Below are positions 27,353 through 37,134 of a stretch of DNA of 64,000 bases, piece after piece. The position numbers were made by a program, and so were the translations under genes. Position 1 is the first letter of the stretch; each line of letters opens with the position of its first letter. The DNA lies in assembly GCA_001824435.1 (NCBI GenBank), contig MHXH01000016.1, positions 14,970 through 78,969 of the forward strand. Direction: 5' to 3'. The notes beneath the pieces are model-generated. The model did no database searches and had not been told where the DNA came from. It saw nothing but the letters and a program-made list of their open reading frames with translations. This DNA comes from Parcubacteria group bacterium RIFCSPLOWO2_01_FULL_48_18. Lineage in GTDB: Bacteria; Patescibacteriota; Minisyncoccia; UBA6257; WO2-01-48-18.

Positions 27353-29272
27353 TTATTCGATGACCACCCGTTCGTATTCGGTTACGGTAGGGTCGTCGGG
27401 TACGTCGCTCCCGAGACCGATGTCGTATGATTCGGGCCGAGCGCCGGTGAATTCATCGGTGGCAATAAGACGCGTTTCTTTTACAAGCGGTACGTAGCCC
27501 CCTATGTTGAGAATTGAAGGAGTTGTTCGGACTTGGAATATCGCTTCTGCGGCTTCATCAACAACCCCTCGGTTCGCGTGCAGTTTGTCGATGCGCCACG
27601 TAACCTCGGATGTCCTTTCGTCGTACTTCGGCACGGTATTCGCCGTATTGCTTTTTACTGTGCCGGTCCATTCTACGCCAGCCTCCAGTGCGGTTCGTAC
27701 TTCGACGTTGCGCATATCGGCACCGTGCGTTTTTATGATCCAGTGGACGGTGAATTCGGTGGGCGCGTTTACCTTCATTGGCATCGGTCCCTTATTGAGG
27801 ATTCCGGATGCTGCGTCGCGGAATAGCGCCTTGGCATCGATCTCGACCCGGCCCGCAACTTTATTCTCCGCCTCGGCAACGGCAACCGTCTTTTCCGCGG
27901 CTACCAGTGAGGGAACCGTGGGAGATTCTACAATCACCTTAAGCTTGAGCGCATAGTTTTTATCATTAAGCCGTCGGGTGGGATAGGCGTCTTTGGTGTT
28001 TATGTCGAAATACACGACTCCTCCTGCATCTGCGGGAAGCGAGCGAAGCCCTGGGGTATTCGCGCCGTTCCACGTAAGCGTGTTGTTAATGCTTTCGAAA
28101 AAAGCCTTGGACTTGACCGTTTTGAGATTAAACAGTTCCCCGGAAAGTTGCGCCTTGATGATCACGTCGGCAAGCGCAACTCCGGTGTTATTTTCGTATG
28201 CGATTTCATACCGGATTGCGTCGGATAGTCGTGTCACGTAGTCGTTTTTTCCGTTAGCCGCTATGTTGACATAGATCGGTGAGGGCGCTATGGCAAATGA
28301 CGCTGACCTTCGGTCGATGACGACTGTTTTGTTCCATGCGGCTATTTCAAGGCGTGCGCCCACGTTGAAGAAAGTTCCCTCGTTGCCGTATGCTCTGCCG
28401 ACGATGGCGATCTTGTTCGTTTCTTGGTTGCTGACGAGCTCGAATTTCCAGACGTTGTTTTCTCCAGCCGCTTTTTTGTCAGACGAGAGGAATTCATAGT
28501 TGGTCGGATAGTCGAGCGTAAGGGTGACGTCGCGGAATACCTGGCTTGAGATGTTGCGGAACGAGAATTCGAGGCTGAACTCCTCTCCGCTAAGCACTTT
28601 GTTCGGAGACATGACGTCGAGCCTGAGCGCCGCCTCGCCGACGTTTATGACAAAGCGCGCTTCTTGGACGAACCGTGATGTAACACCAGCGGTCGCATAG
28701 GAAAACAATCCGCGAAGTTCTTTGGTGCTTTTTTCGCCTTTGAGCGGGACCAATTGGAACGTTTCTTGCGTAACGGCTCCGGCGTCGAGGTTTTCTAGTT
28801 CCTTGGCGATGATAGCTTGATCAAGCGCGCCTATTGCCTGGATGCCGTCCGGAAGGAATAGTTCGATCCTCGCGCCGGACAATGCCGACGGGGATTCGTT
28901 GGCGATATTTAGCCGTACCTCGAACGGTACGCCGAGAAGAACCTCGTCCGGTCCATCGATGATGAGCGAAGCGCCTTCGACGGTGCGGGACGTTGAAAGA
29001 TAGAAATATGCCGTTGCTGCGCCCCCAATGAGGGTAAGACCGAATAGGAAAATCGTGAGCTTGAGGAATGAAAACGGCGGCTTGGGAATCTTCGGTTTCT
29101 GCCGTTTTTGTTTTTTGCTGGAGGCGCTCATGGGGATTTCTTTTTGCGGACTGACGGGATCCATGGTGCCGTATGCTTCTTGTTGCTTGCGCACCAGCTC
29201 ACGGTAACGCGATCGGCGTTCTTCGGGTCCCGAGGGGCTGTAGAGTTCTTTTTCAAGATCTTCTAGTGACAA
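27353..29272 (-). CDS. Large membrane-anchored Ig-like-domain protein (CPR conserved hypothetical)
   Basis: 639 aa ORF, one TM helix, repeated beta-sandwich segments. Confidence 0.75.
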   Translation of the reverse strand: MSLEDLEKELYSPSGPEERRSRYRELVRKQQEAYGTMDPVSPQKEIPMSASSKKQKRQKPKIPKPPFSFLKLTIFLFGLTLIGGAATAYFYLSTSRTVEGASLIIDGPDEVLLGVPFEVRLNIANESPSALSGARIELFLPDGIQAIGALDQAIIAKELENLDAGAVTQETFQLVPLKGEKSTKELRGLFSYATAGVTSRFVQEARFVINVGEAALRLDVMSPNKVLSGEEFSLEFSFRNISSQVFRDVTLTLDYPTNYEFLSSDKKAAGENNVWKFELVSNQETNKIAIVGRAYGNEGTFFNVGARLEIAAWNKTVVIDRRSASFAIAPSPIYVNIAANGKNDYVTRLSDAIRYEIAYENNTGVALADVIIKAQLSGELFNLKTVKSKAFFESINNTLTWNGANTPGLRSLPADAGGVVYFDINTKDAYPTRRLNDKNYALKLKVIVESPTVPSLVAAEKTVAVAEAENKVAGRVEIDAKALFRDAASGILNKGPMPMKVNAPTEFTVHWIIKTHGADMRNVEVRTALEAGVEWTGTVKSNTANTVPKYDERTSEVTWRIDKLHANRGVVDEAAEAIFQVRTTPSILNIGGYVPLVKETRLIATDEFTGARPESYDIGLGSDVPDDPTVTEYERVVIE

Positions 29273-29276
29273 GTTC

Positions 29277-29375
29277 TTGGAATTTGGAATCTTGAATTTG
29301 GAGCTCGGAAGCCCTAACCCTTGAACCCCGAATTCAGATTCTAATTCTAAATTCTAAATTCTAAATTCCAGATTC
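29277..29375. repeat. Empty inverted 7-mer array pair
   Basis: TTGGAAT TTGGAAT CTTGAAT TTGGAGC ... ATTCTAA ATTCTAA ATTCTAA ATTCCAG ATTC. Confidence 0.85.
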
Positions 29376-29379
29376 TTTT

Positions 29380-29847
29380 TTATTGGTAGCCGAAAGCTCT
29401 GTGCAGTTTATCATGGATTTGCGAAAAAATCTGCTCTCTCGAGATTGCGCTGGGCAGCGCTCCGGCCGCGACCGCTTGATCGAGGAGCCGGAGGGACCGC
29501 GAAACAGTTTCCCATAAGAGATCATTTTGTTCGAGCTCCGCAGCGTGTTCGCGGACAAAGGCAAGGATGCGGAGCGCTCCTGCGAAAACGACCGGATCAG
29601 ACCTGATGTGCCTAAATGAGATTTGCGTGAGCGCGTCCGCGATACAGGACCGTTTTTTTTCCACCAGCCTTCCCTCGATAAGGCGAAGCGGTTCAAGGTG
29701 GGGCCCCAATTTGGAAACGACCCTTTGGGCGCTTCGCGCAAGTGCGGTTATCTTCCCGAATTCTCTGGTGAGAATGGAAACAACACTGTCCGACTCCCCG
29801 GAAGTTTCTTTGGTCAGCGTGATGCCGATGAATATGTGGTCAATCAA
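29380..29847 (-). CDS. recO: DNA repair protein RecO (short form)
   Basis: GESDSVVSILTREFGKITALARS...SKLGPHLEP N-terminal OB domain. Confidence 0.85.
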   Translation of the reverse strand: MIDHIFIGITLTKETSGESDSVVSILTREFGKITALARSAQRVVSKLGPHLEPLRLIEGRLVEKKRSCIADALTQISFRHIRSDPVVFAGALRILAFVREHAAELEQNDLLWETVSRSLRLLDQAVAAGALPSAISREQIFSQIHDKLHRAFGYQ

Positions 29848-29849
29848 CC

Positions 29850-29940
29850 TAGCTTTTTAGCTTCTTAGCCTTTTAGGGAAGCTTGTCGATATGGCGTTCT
29901 CAACAGCTCTAATAAGCTACAAGCTAGTAAGCCACCAGCC
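29850..29940. repeat. Empty inverted 7/8-mer array pair
   Basis: AGCTTTTT AGCTTCTT AGCCTTTT AG ... TAATAAGC TACAAGC TAGTAAGC CACCAGC; same family as 12289-12370. Confidence 0.75.
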
Positions 29941-29944
29941 TTAC

Positions 29945-30799
29945 CTATGGAGTAGTGGTAGTGGTGGCATATCGCCATTGTGTTCCGTCGCAAATCGCGA
30001 GTTTGTTGACGCTGCCGGCGAGGAAGAACAACCTGCCGGTTTCTCCTGCTGCGTCGCAGTCGCTGGCAGTAGCGCTGCTCCTAAAGCCGATCTGAAGATA
30101 GGCGCTGGAGGTTACATGGAATGCGCTGGTTGGAGAAGTTCCGACGCCAATCCCGACAAGGCTGGACGCGGGGTTTACATAAAAGAATGGAGCGCTGCCG
30201 ACGCTTATAGTTCCGTCGATAGATGTATTGCCGGCGAAATAGCCGTCCTGCCATTTTTGCCCTGAAGCGCCGACGTGTTTGCCGCTTGCGTTGGGAAGCA
30301 GGTCGGAATCAAAGGTTACCGCCGATACTTTTGAAATGGCAGAGCGCAGGGTCTTGGTGAACGCCCGCGTTGGGTCGGTAGTATTATATGACAGCGTCAG
30401 GTTTATTTGCACCGTATCCTTTGCCGGAGGATTGGAGAATTTTGTAAACGTAAGCTGGTCAACGGTTGTTTTGCTGTCTGTAAGCGCCACGTCAGCGCCA
30501 GACCCCTCTTTGACATAAATGATGTTGCTGTTAACGAAAATCCTGGTAGGATCTTTTGCGGTTTCCTCCATCCGCAGTATCAGCGACGAGCTGGCATCTT
30601 CGATAAGCGAGGCGTTACGGACGAGCCGTTGAATAGTTTGCATGATGAAATTTGACTGATCGGTCACTTCGACCGCCGCCGATTCTCTTCCCTGAATTCT
30701 CAAGCTGCTATATAGAATGCCGACCAAAAAGATGCTTCCGATGACAAAAAGCGAAACATAGAGGAGAAGCTCTACAAATGAAAAACCGCGGATACTCAT
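29945..30799 (-). CDS. Type IV pilin-like protein (prepilin cleavage motif) with C-terminal extension
   Basis: MSIRG|FSFVELLLYVSLF class III signal. Confidence 0.8.
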   Translation of the reverse strand: MSIRGFSFVELLLYVSLFVIGSIFLVGILYSSLRIQGRESAAVEVTDQSNFIMQTIQRLVRNASLIEDASSSLILRMEETAKDPTRIFVNSNIIYVKEGSGADVALTDSKTTVDQLTFTKFSNPPAKDTVQINLTLSYNTTDPTRAFTKTLRSAISKVSAVTFDSDLLPNASGKHVGASGQKWQDGYFAGNTSIDGTISVGSAPFFYVNPASSLVGIGVGTSPTSAFHVTSSAYLQIGFRSSATASDCDAAGETGRLFFLAGSVNKLAICDGTQWRYATTTTTP

Positions 30800-30897
30800 A
30801 AATGTGGAACGCGTTTTGCTGTAAGCGTTGACCGAAGAGCGGCGTTTGGGCGTAGCCAAGCGCCGCATAGTATTAGTATAGCATAAAGAAAGGACGG

Positions 30898-32220
30898 TTA
30901 GAAAAGGGTATGCTGTCCGGCGGCGGATTCCTTTTCGTCTTCGTCGAAAATTTTGACCTTTCCGTACTCGCCGTCATATCCCGGCATGATACGAAGCCGT
31001 CCTTCGCGCACCCTCCCAATGGCCTCTGCGATTTTCGGACGCGCCGAAGATAGAAGATCCGGGATCGGAACATCGAGGAGCACCGACAATTCGCTGTTAA
31101 ACGTTTTGACGAGCGATTCGTATTCCAGCTTTACCGCCTTTGAAGACGTTCCCAGGCCTAGAGATTCGGCGACTATCTCATCCAGCGGGACGAGATTTTT
31201 GAAGGGAATGCGCCTTGAGTTGCGGTACGCCTGCGGCCGATCGGCCAGCTGTTCTACTCTATTCATCACGCCGATGGTAAGAGGTTTGCCGCACGCCGGG
31301 CAGGTGTTCTTGCGCTGTTTTGATTCTTGCGGCGCATAAACGATGCCGCAGGTCCGGTGGCCGTCAAAATGATATTTTCCTTCTTCCGGAAAAAACTCGA
31401 GTGTCATCAAAAACGCAGACGTACGCGGACTTGAAACGCCCGCCTGACTGGCGGGTAGGGATTCACGCGGGATCCCGCTTTTTATAGCATCCACGATGCC
31501 CGCATACGACAGTTCGGTATCAAAAACATTCGCTTCTCGGCCGATGCGCCTCAAGCTGTGCGAGTCAGAGTTTGAAACAATAGATACGGCATCAAGCTTT
31601 GATAGCCGCCAGTTCATTTGGGGGTCTGACGACAGGCCCGTCTCGACCGCGTAGATATATTTTGTGTGTTCTCCAAAACATTCCTCCAATGAATCAAAGC
31701 CGGACATTGATCCGAAGACGGAGAACCAGGGAGTCCAAATATGCGCCGGGATAAACAAACAGTTTTCATTTGATCCAAGGACGATTTTAAGAGCTTCTTC
31801 GCTGTCGAGGCCGAGGATTGGCCGGCCGTCTGATGCGAGGTTGCCGATCCAGCCTAATTTGGCGTTGATCGCTTCGACTGTCTCGAAATTCGGAGCAAAG
31901 ATGAGATTATGGACGCGCCGAGTTTTTCCGCCTCGTCGGTAGATATTTGAAATCTCCGCGGTAAGCATAAACCGCGTTTGCGCGAATGTTCCCTTGAGCG
32001 TCTTCTCTTTGTATTTTTCTTTCAGCTTGAATAGGCCCGGTTCCGCGGGTTCCAGTTTCTCTTTTAATTCTTTGATCCACCCCGGATGCGTAAAATCTCC
32101 GGTGCCCATGACGAGAATTCCTTTGTCGTCGGCCCAGCGATCCAGTTCTTCGGGTACCATGTCTTTTGAGGTGGCACGGGAGTATTTGGAGTGTATTTGA
32201 AGGTCGGCGATAAACCTCAT
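30898..32220 (-). CDS. Endonuclease Q-like PHP-domain protein
   Basis: ADLQIHSKYSRATS, GTGDFTHP, ETGLSSD, SNSDSHS, GKYHFDGHRTC, CPACG, PGYDGEYG. Confidence 0.88.
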   Translation of the reverse strand: MRFIADLQIHSKYSRATSKDMVPEELDRWADDKGILVMGTGDFTHPGWIKELKEKLEPAEPGLFKLKEKYKEKTLKGTFAQTRFMLTAEISNIYRRGGKTRRVHNLIFAPNFETVEAINAKLGWIGNLASDGRPILGLDSEEALKIVLGSNENCLFIPAHIWTPWFSVFGSMSGFDSLEECFGEHTKYIYAVETGLSSDPQMNWRLSKLDAVSIVSNSDSHSLRRIGREANVFDTELSYAGIVDAIKSGIPRESLPASQAGVSSPRTSAFLMTLEFFPEEGKYHFDGHRTCGIVYAPQESKQRKNTCPACGKPLTIGVMNRVEQLADRPQAYRNSRRIPFKNLVPLDEIVAESLGLGTSSKAVKLEYESLVKTFNSELSVLLDVPIPDLLSSARPKIAEAIGRVREGRLRIMPGYDGEYGKVKIFDEDEKESAAGQHTLF

Positions 32221-32310
32221 ACAGACTTACTATATCATGTTCGAGAAGTTTTCATAAACGCGCGTATTTCATATTCCACAGCCGCGAGGTATAATGAAAA
32301 ACATAAACCT

Positions 32311-33168
32311 ATGGGTCATCGGCCGATTCCAAGACTTGACCGGAAAAAGCGTTACTTGCAGGTAGCGCTCAACAGCACGCTCGGTCAGGCAAAGAAAATC
32401 ATCGATCAGCTTCCGGCAAGCGACCGAATTTTAATTGAGGTAGGAACTCCGCTCATTAAGCGGTACGGAATGAACGCCGTAGAAAAGCTGAATAAGTGGT
32501 GGAGATGGCGGATTTCCGGAAGCTGGGGGGTAGGTAGCGATTCTTTCGTCCGCGTAGAATCTTTAGAGCAGCCCCATAGCTTGGGAGAAGCAGTCGGTTT
32601 GATGGAGGAACTGTTTGGGGCATATCGAAATGTTGGCGTGTCGAAATACCGAAACATTGCGCATCCTGTGCAGTCGGCGCCGGCGCCCTTCGTTCCGTAC
32701 GTTGTTGCCGACATAAAAACAATGGATCGCGGAGAGACCGAGGTACAAATGTCAGCGAGAGCAGGCGCAAGCGGCGTCATTGCGCTTGGAACTGCGCCGG
32801 CAGAAACCCTCAATGCGTTTGTTGAAGCCTGCGACAAATACAAGGTGGACGCAATGATCGACATGATGAACGTTGAATATCCGCTGGCGACGCTTAGGAA
32901 ACTGAAAAAGCAGCCGGCAGTGGTGTTGCTTCATCGTGGGGTAGACGAAGAACAATTCAATAAAGAAAAACAAATTCCCCTGCACGAGATCAGGAGGATT
33001 AAAGGGAATTACGATATAATGATTTCAATTGCCGGGGGCGATACTCTTCGCGAGGCGCAGCGGGCGATTTTCAACGACGCGGACATCGTCGTGATTTGGA
33101 AGTCGGTGTATCAGAGTGTAGCCGACACCGCGAAGCTGGTTCAAGAATTCTTGAAAGAAATAAAATAG
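32311..33168 (+). CDS. 3-hexulose-6-phosphate synthase / OMP-decarboxylase-fold protein (resembles the Hps domain of Fae-Hps)
   Basis: YLQVALN, LIEVGTPLIKRYG, VADIKTMD, LLHRGVDEE, ISIAGG; TATAAT at 32290. Confidence 0.75.
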   Translation: MGHRPIPRLDRKKRYLQVALNSTLGQAKKIIDQLPASDRILIEVGTPLIKRYGMNAVEKLNKWWRWRISGSWGVGSDSFVRVESLEQPHSLGEAVGLMEELFGAYRNVGVSKYRNIAHPVQSAPAPFVPYVVADIKTMDRGETEVQMSARAGASGVIALGTAPAETLNAFVEACDKYKVDAMIDMMNVEYPLATLRKLKKQPAVVLLHRGVDEEQFNKEKQIPLHEIRRIKGNYDIMISIAGGDTLREAQRAIFNDADIVVIWKSVYQSVADTAKLVQEFLKEIK

Positions 33169-33181
33169 GGGCGAAAGGATT

Positions 33182-33439
33182 TTAAAAAGATAGAATAGTT
33201 CCCCTGCTGACATCTTCTTTTTTGACGTCGCTAAGAAGAATACCGGCGCTTTCGCCGGCACGAAGGGCATCCGCCTTCCTGTTAAACACCTCTATCGATT
33301 TTACCCCCGAGGTCTTCCCGTTTATTTCTGTGCCCATCCCCGGCTTGAGTTCGCCCGATAAAAGTTTACCAGCCACCACAACCCCCCTTCCTTCTATATA
33401 AAATACGTCTTGGATTTCAAATTCTGCTTGGTGGTTCAT
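33182..33439 (-). CDS. Stand-alone EF-Tu domain II-like beta-barrel protein
   Basis: IQDVFYIEGRGVVVAGKLLSGELKPG...AGESAGILL...DVSRG. Confidence 0.75.
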   Translation of the reverse strand: MNHQAEFEIQDVFYIEGRGVVVAGKLLSGELKPGMGTEINGKTSGVKSIEVFNRKADALRAGESAGILLSDVKKEDVSRGTILSF

Positions 33440-33448
33440 GACGGTTGT

Positions 33449-34219
33449 CTATTTATGTGATTTTTCTTTCAAAAATTCCGTGAGGGTTTTTACCCCTTCA
33501 AAGAATTCTATGGGCATTGCGAAGATAACGGTTTTAGACGGGTCCGGATTGATTTTTTCGATCGTCTGAAGCGTTCGCATTGAGAGGCCTCCGGGCGCTT
33601 CGCTGATGACGCGAGCAGCCTTTGCCAGTTTTTCTGAAGCCGCATATTCGCCCTCGGCGCGGATAATAACTGCGCGCCGCTCCCGTTCTGATTCTGCCTG
33701 TTTTGCCATGACGCGTTTCATGTCCGCCGGAAGCTCTATGTCTTGTATTTTGATTGTTGAGACATCAATGCCCCACGGCTCGGTGGCAACATCAACGAGC
33801 TTTTTAATATCGCCGGCCACCTTGTCGCGTTCGGACAGGAGCGTGTCCAGTTCTATTCCGCCGATAATGTCTCGAAGCGTTGCCTGGGCGTAGAGCGCAA
33901 CCGCCTCCCGAAAATTTTTGATTTCGAGCATTGCTTTCTCGGCATTGTCCACCTTGAAATAGACCACGGCGTTGATGCCAACCGTTACGTTGTCTTTCGT
34001 GATGACCTCTTGTTGAGGAATATCCACCGTGTCGATACGCAGATCCGTTTTTAACATCCGTTGCAGTCCTGGGAAAATCCACGTGAGGCCTGGATTGCGG
34101 GTGCTCGTGTATCTGCCCAACGTCAACACCACGCCGCGTTCATATTGATCGATGATCCGCAGCCCCGGCAAGACGAAAAAGAAAATAACGACGACAAACG
34201 GAATGAGTAAAAACCCCAT
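33449..34219 (-). CDS. Slipin/stomatin (SPFH) family protein
   Basis: QEVITKDNVTV, AQATLRDIIG, MAKQAESERERRA. Confidence 0.93.
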   Translation of the reverse strand: MGFLLIPFVVVIFFFVLPGLRIIDQYERGVVLTLGRYTSTRNPGLTWIFPGLQRMLKTDLRIDTVDIPQQEVITKDNVTVGINAVVYFKVDNAEKAMLEIKNFREAVALYAQATLRDIIGGIELDTLLSERDKVAGDIKKLVDVATEPWGIDVSTIKIQDIELPADMKRVMAKQAESERERRAVIIRAEGEYAASEKLAKAARVISEAPGGLSMRTLQTIEKINPDPSKTVIFAMPIEFFEGVKTLTEFLKEKSHK

Positions 34220-34256
34220 GGTCTGATTATACCGCTTTTAAGCGGGCAGCGCAGCC

Positions 34257-34679
34257 CTATTTGTGAATAAGTTTTCCTGCCCGTTCTACAATCTCTTCGG
34301 GCAATAACTCTGACTTTACCAGGTAGTCGAGCGCGCCCAGTTTTTTTGTCTGGGCCTCGTATGCATCGCGGCCGAGATTGCTGATGACCGCGATCGGTAT
34401 ATGAGCGGTTTCCGGATCGCTTTTGAGTTTGCGTAGAAGTCGTATTCCGGAAAATTCGAGATTGTGACTGTCTTTTAACGAGGTGCTTTCCATAAAGGGT
34501 TTGTCGCTGCCGAGGACGAGATCGAGAAGGATTATGTCCGGCTTGCCGTCGCGCGCGGCCAAGAGTCCGTTTTTTGCGTCGCGCGCCTCAATAACCTCGA
34601 AATCCGAAAGCGAGAATTTGGTTTTCAGCATGAGCATGTCTTCGGCCTCGTCTTCGATGATAAGGATGCGATTTGGCAT
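34257..34679 (-). CDS. Single-domain response regulator
   Basis: ILIIEDE, IILLDLVL, ISNL, DYLVK. Confidence 0.9.
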   Translation of the reverse strand: MPNRILIIEDEAEDMLMLKTKFSLSDFEVIEARDAKNGLLAARDGKPDIILLDLVLGSDKPFMESTSLKDSHNLEFSGIRLLRKLKSDPETAHIPIAVISNLGRDAYEAQTKKLGALDYLVKSELLPEEIVERAGKLIHK

Positions 34680-34684
34680 TACGA

Positions 34685-34761
34685 TTTGAGTTGAGAGTCA
34701 TGAGTTGAAGGCCGTCAGGCTCAAGATGGCCAGCAGATTGCAACTCCCATAACTTACAATT
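34685..34761. repeat. Degenerate empty inverted 7-mer array pair
   Basis: TTTGAGT TGAGAGT CATGAGT TGAAGG ... CAACTCC CATAACT TACAATT. Confidence 0.5.
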
Positions 34762-36963
34762 TTAGCTCTGTGGTTGAGGATTAATTGGCATATCGACCAC
34801 GAAGGTGGTTCCTTTGCCGATCCCTTCGCTCTTTGCCGTGAGCGTTCCTCTATGTTCCTCGATAATCTTTTTCACGACGTACAGACCGAGGCCTGTTCCG
34901 CTGGAAGCAACCCGTATTGCTTCGTCGGTGCGATAGAATTTCTGGAATAACTTGCCGACATCTTCCGGTTTAATACCGATGCCGGTATCTGAAACAATGC
35001 AGCGCCAGCGTCCTGTTGTTTTCTCCAGCGAAATCGTTACCGACCCCCCAGGTGTATACTTGATTGCATTGTCGATCAGGTTATACAGGGCCTCGTGGAG
35101 GTGTTTACGATCGAAGCGAGCTTGAAGAGAATCTTGATCTTGGCGATGCTCTAGCTGGAGTTTTTTTGCTTCTGCCGGTTGGCGTAGTTCTTCCACAATT
35201 TTTTTCACGAATGCGTATGCGTCAGCCTCTTCTAATTTTAGCTTCAGCCCCCCGCCTTCGATATATGCCGTGTTGAGCAGGTCGTTAATGAGCGCCGCCA
35301 GGCGATTGGCGGATTCGTAGATACTGGTTAAGAATGAAGCCCTGGTTTTTTCATCTACTTCATTTTTGATGATCATCGACATCATGCCCCTGATGACCGT
35401 TGTGGGGGTGCGTAGTTGGTGGGAGGCCATGTTGAGAAAATCCGTTTTGAGCTTGCTTAGCTCCTCGAGGTGCGTATTCGCCTTTTCCAGTTCCTTATTG
35501 CGTTGATCTAATGCGGCAGTGGCGTCCTTCACTTTTTTTTCAAGGTCTTTGTTGACGCTTTGAAGGTATGCGGAGAGCGCCTTGGTTTCGTCGTAGAGAA
35601 GCGCGTTCTCGAGCGCGACGGAAACTTGGCGGGAGAACAGCTCGAGCCGCTCGAGATCATGATCGGTGAAGTCCCCAACCATTTTAGGGCCGACTGTCGC
35701 AGCTCCGCCGAGCTCGTCCTTGACGACGAACGGAATAAATAGGCGTACGTTTTGATCCTCGAAGCTTCTCTTGAGCTGTTCGACGTCCGATTTCAGCCCC
35801 CCGCCATACAGGTTTATGAACGAGAAGAGGTCTTCCAGGAAAAGGATTTTTTTGTTGTGCTTGAGCGATCGGATGATAATATTGTCCGCGTAATTGAAAA
35901 TGGGGGCTCCCGGATCGTAACCGAGAATTTTAGATGCGTCGATGTTGTTCGTTTCGCCGCCCCTGATCAACATGGCTACCCGCTCAACGCCGAGTATTTT
36001 TTTGAGCACGAATGTTCCCGTTTCAACGAGCTGGGTGAGATCTAGAATGTATGCCAATCTTTTAATGTCTTCGTCAGCATCTTCTTCCGTGTGCTCGCCA
36101 GGCCGCAACCTCGATGTATAGAAATACGAGAAAACTCTGATGCAGAGGGCGAATGTGGTGATGCCAACGGCTGCGAGGACCATGTATTTGAGGAATTCAT
36201 TCGTGGTAATAAAACCTGGCGCTGCCCAGAACGCCGTTGCGGCAATCAGGCTCGCTGTTGCCGCAGCAGATCCGTATACGAAGACGCGGCGGAGAAACTC
36301 TTCTACGTTAAGGAACCGTTTAGTGATAACCGCATAGACGCCAAGCGGTACAGCTGGGGCAAGTAATATGTACGGATAAAGAAAAACCGGCATGCGATAT
36401 AGAAAAAGGAAAAAGGCGGCGGCACCTATGATATAAAGTATGAGCGCCAGCTGGAGATATTTTAATCTAAGGCGAAGAAAACCTTGTGCGTATTTGAGGC
36501 GCCCTCGTATTTGGTAGAGGAGGAAAAAGAGCAACACAAGGCAAAGGGCGTTCAATGCATACAGGCCGGTCGTCCGACCTGGGAAGAAATCAACTTGTTC
36601 CGGCGCTGACGAAATGATCAGCGGCGTAAAGTTAATGATGAAGAAAAACGCAAATGCTCCGTATGAAGCCATGACCAGGATTGGTCTTTTCTGTCCCTGC
36701 CCCGTGATCCGGTGGACCAGATGTACGTATGTGGAAACGGCAATAATGACCCCGACGACGGAGAGCCGCAACCATAGGAGCGCTTCATGTTCTGAAATTG
36801 CGCGGAACCACAGAAAAGATGCGCCGGCCCATATGGTAATGCCCGCTGCCGATGCAGCCGAGAAGAACTTGTTTTTATTGAGGCCGCCGCGCCAGAGAGC
36901 ATAGATTGTCGATGACAAACCAGAAATGAAGTTTACGGCGGCAAGAAAACCAAATACGCCCAT
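34762..36963 (-). CDS. Membrane sensor histidine kinase (multi-TM, GAF, HisKA, HATPase)
   Basis: ASHQLRTP, NLIDNAIKYT, DTGIGI, GTGLGL. Confidence 0.93.
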   Translation of the reverse strand: MGVFGFLAAVNFISGLSSTIYALWRGGLNKNKFFSAASAAGITIWAGASFLWFRAISEHEALLWLRLSVVGVIIAVSTYVHLVHRITGQGQKRPILVMASYGAFAFFFIINFTPLIISSAPEQVDFFPGRTTGLYALNALCLVLLFFLLYQIRGRLKYAQGFLRLRLKYLQLALILYIIGAAAFFLFLYRMPVFLYPYILLAPAVPLGVYAVITKRFLNVEEFLRRVFVYGSAAATASLIAATAFWAAPGFITTNEFLKYMVLAAVGITTFALCIRVFSYFYTSRLRPGEHTEEDADEDIKRLAYILDLTQLVETGTFVLKKILGVERVAMLIRGGETNNIDASKILGYDPGAPIFNYADNIIIRSLKHNKKILFLEDLFSFINLYGGGLKSDVEQLKRSFEDQNVRLFIPFVVKDELGGAATVGPKMVGDFTDHDLERLELFSRQVSVALENALLYDETKALSAYLQSVNKDLEKKVKDATAALDQRNKELEKANTHLEELSKLKTDFLNMASHQLRTPTTVIRGMMSMIIKNEVDEKTRASFLTSIYESANRLAALINDLLNTAYIEGGGLKLKLEEADAYAFVKKIVEELRQPAEAKKLQLEHRQDQDSLQARFDRKHLHEALYNLIDNAIKYTPGGSVTISLEKTTGRWRCIVSDTGIGIKPEDVGKLFQKFYRTDEAIRVASSGTGLGLYVVKKIIEEHRGTLTAKSEGIGKGTTFVVDMPINPQPQS

Positions 36964-37134
36964 ATTTCAATTATGGATAATTTATGCGTTTTCCGCTAAT
37001 AAGCGGTATTGCCGTAGTCCCTGCATTTGTGGACATCGGCGTCCACAAAGGTACTTAATAATACTATCGGTCTCTCGCTGCTTGGGAGAAGGGATATTTG
37101 AAAATCGAAGAAGCTTAAAAGGACAAGGCGGTAT

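Noticed and set aside
9978-34761. CRISPR array
   Set aside because: Repeats are 7-8 bp tandem units without unique spacers; no cas genes.
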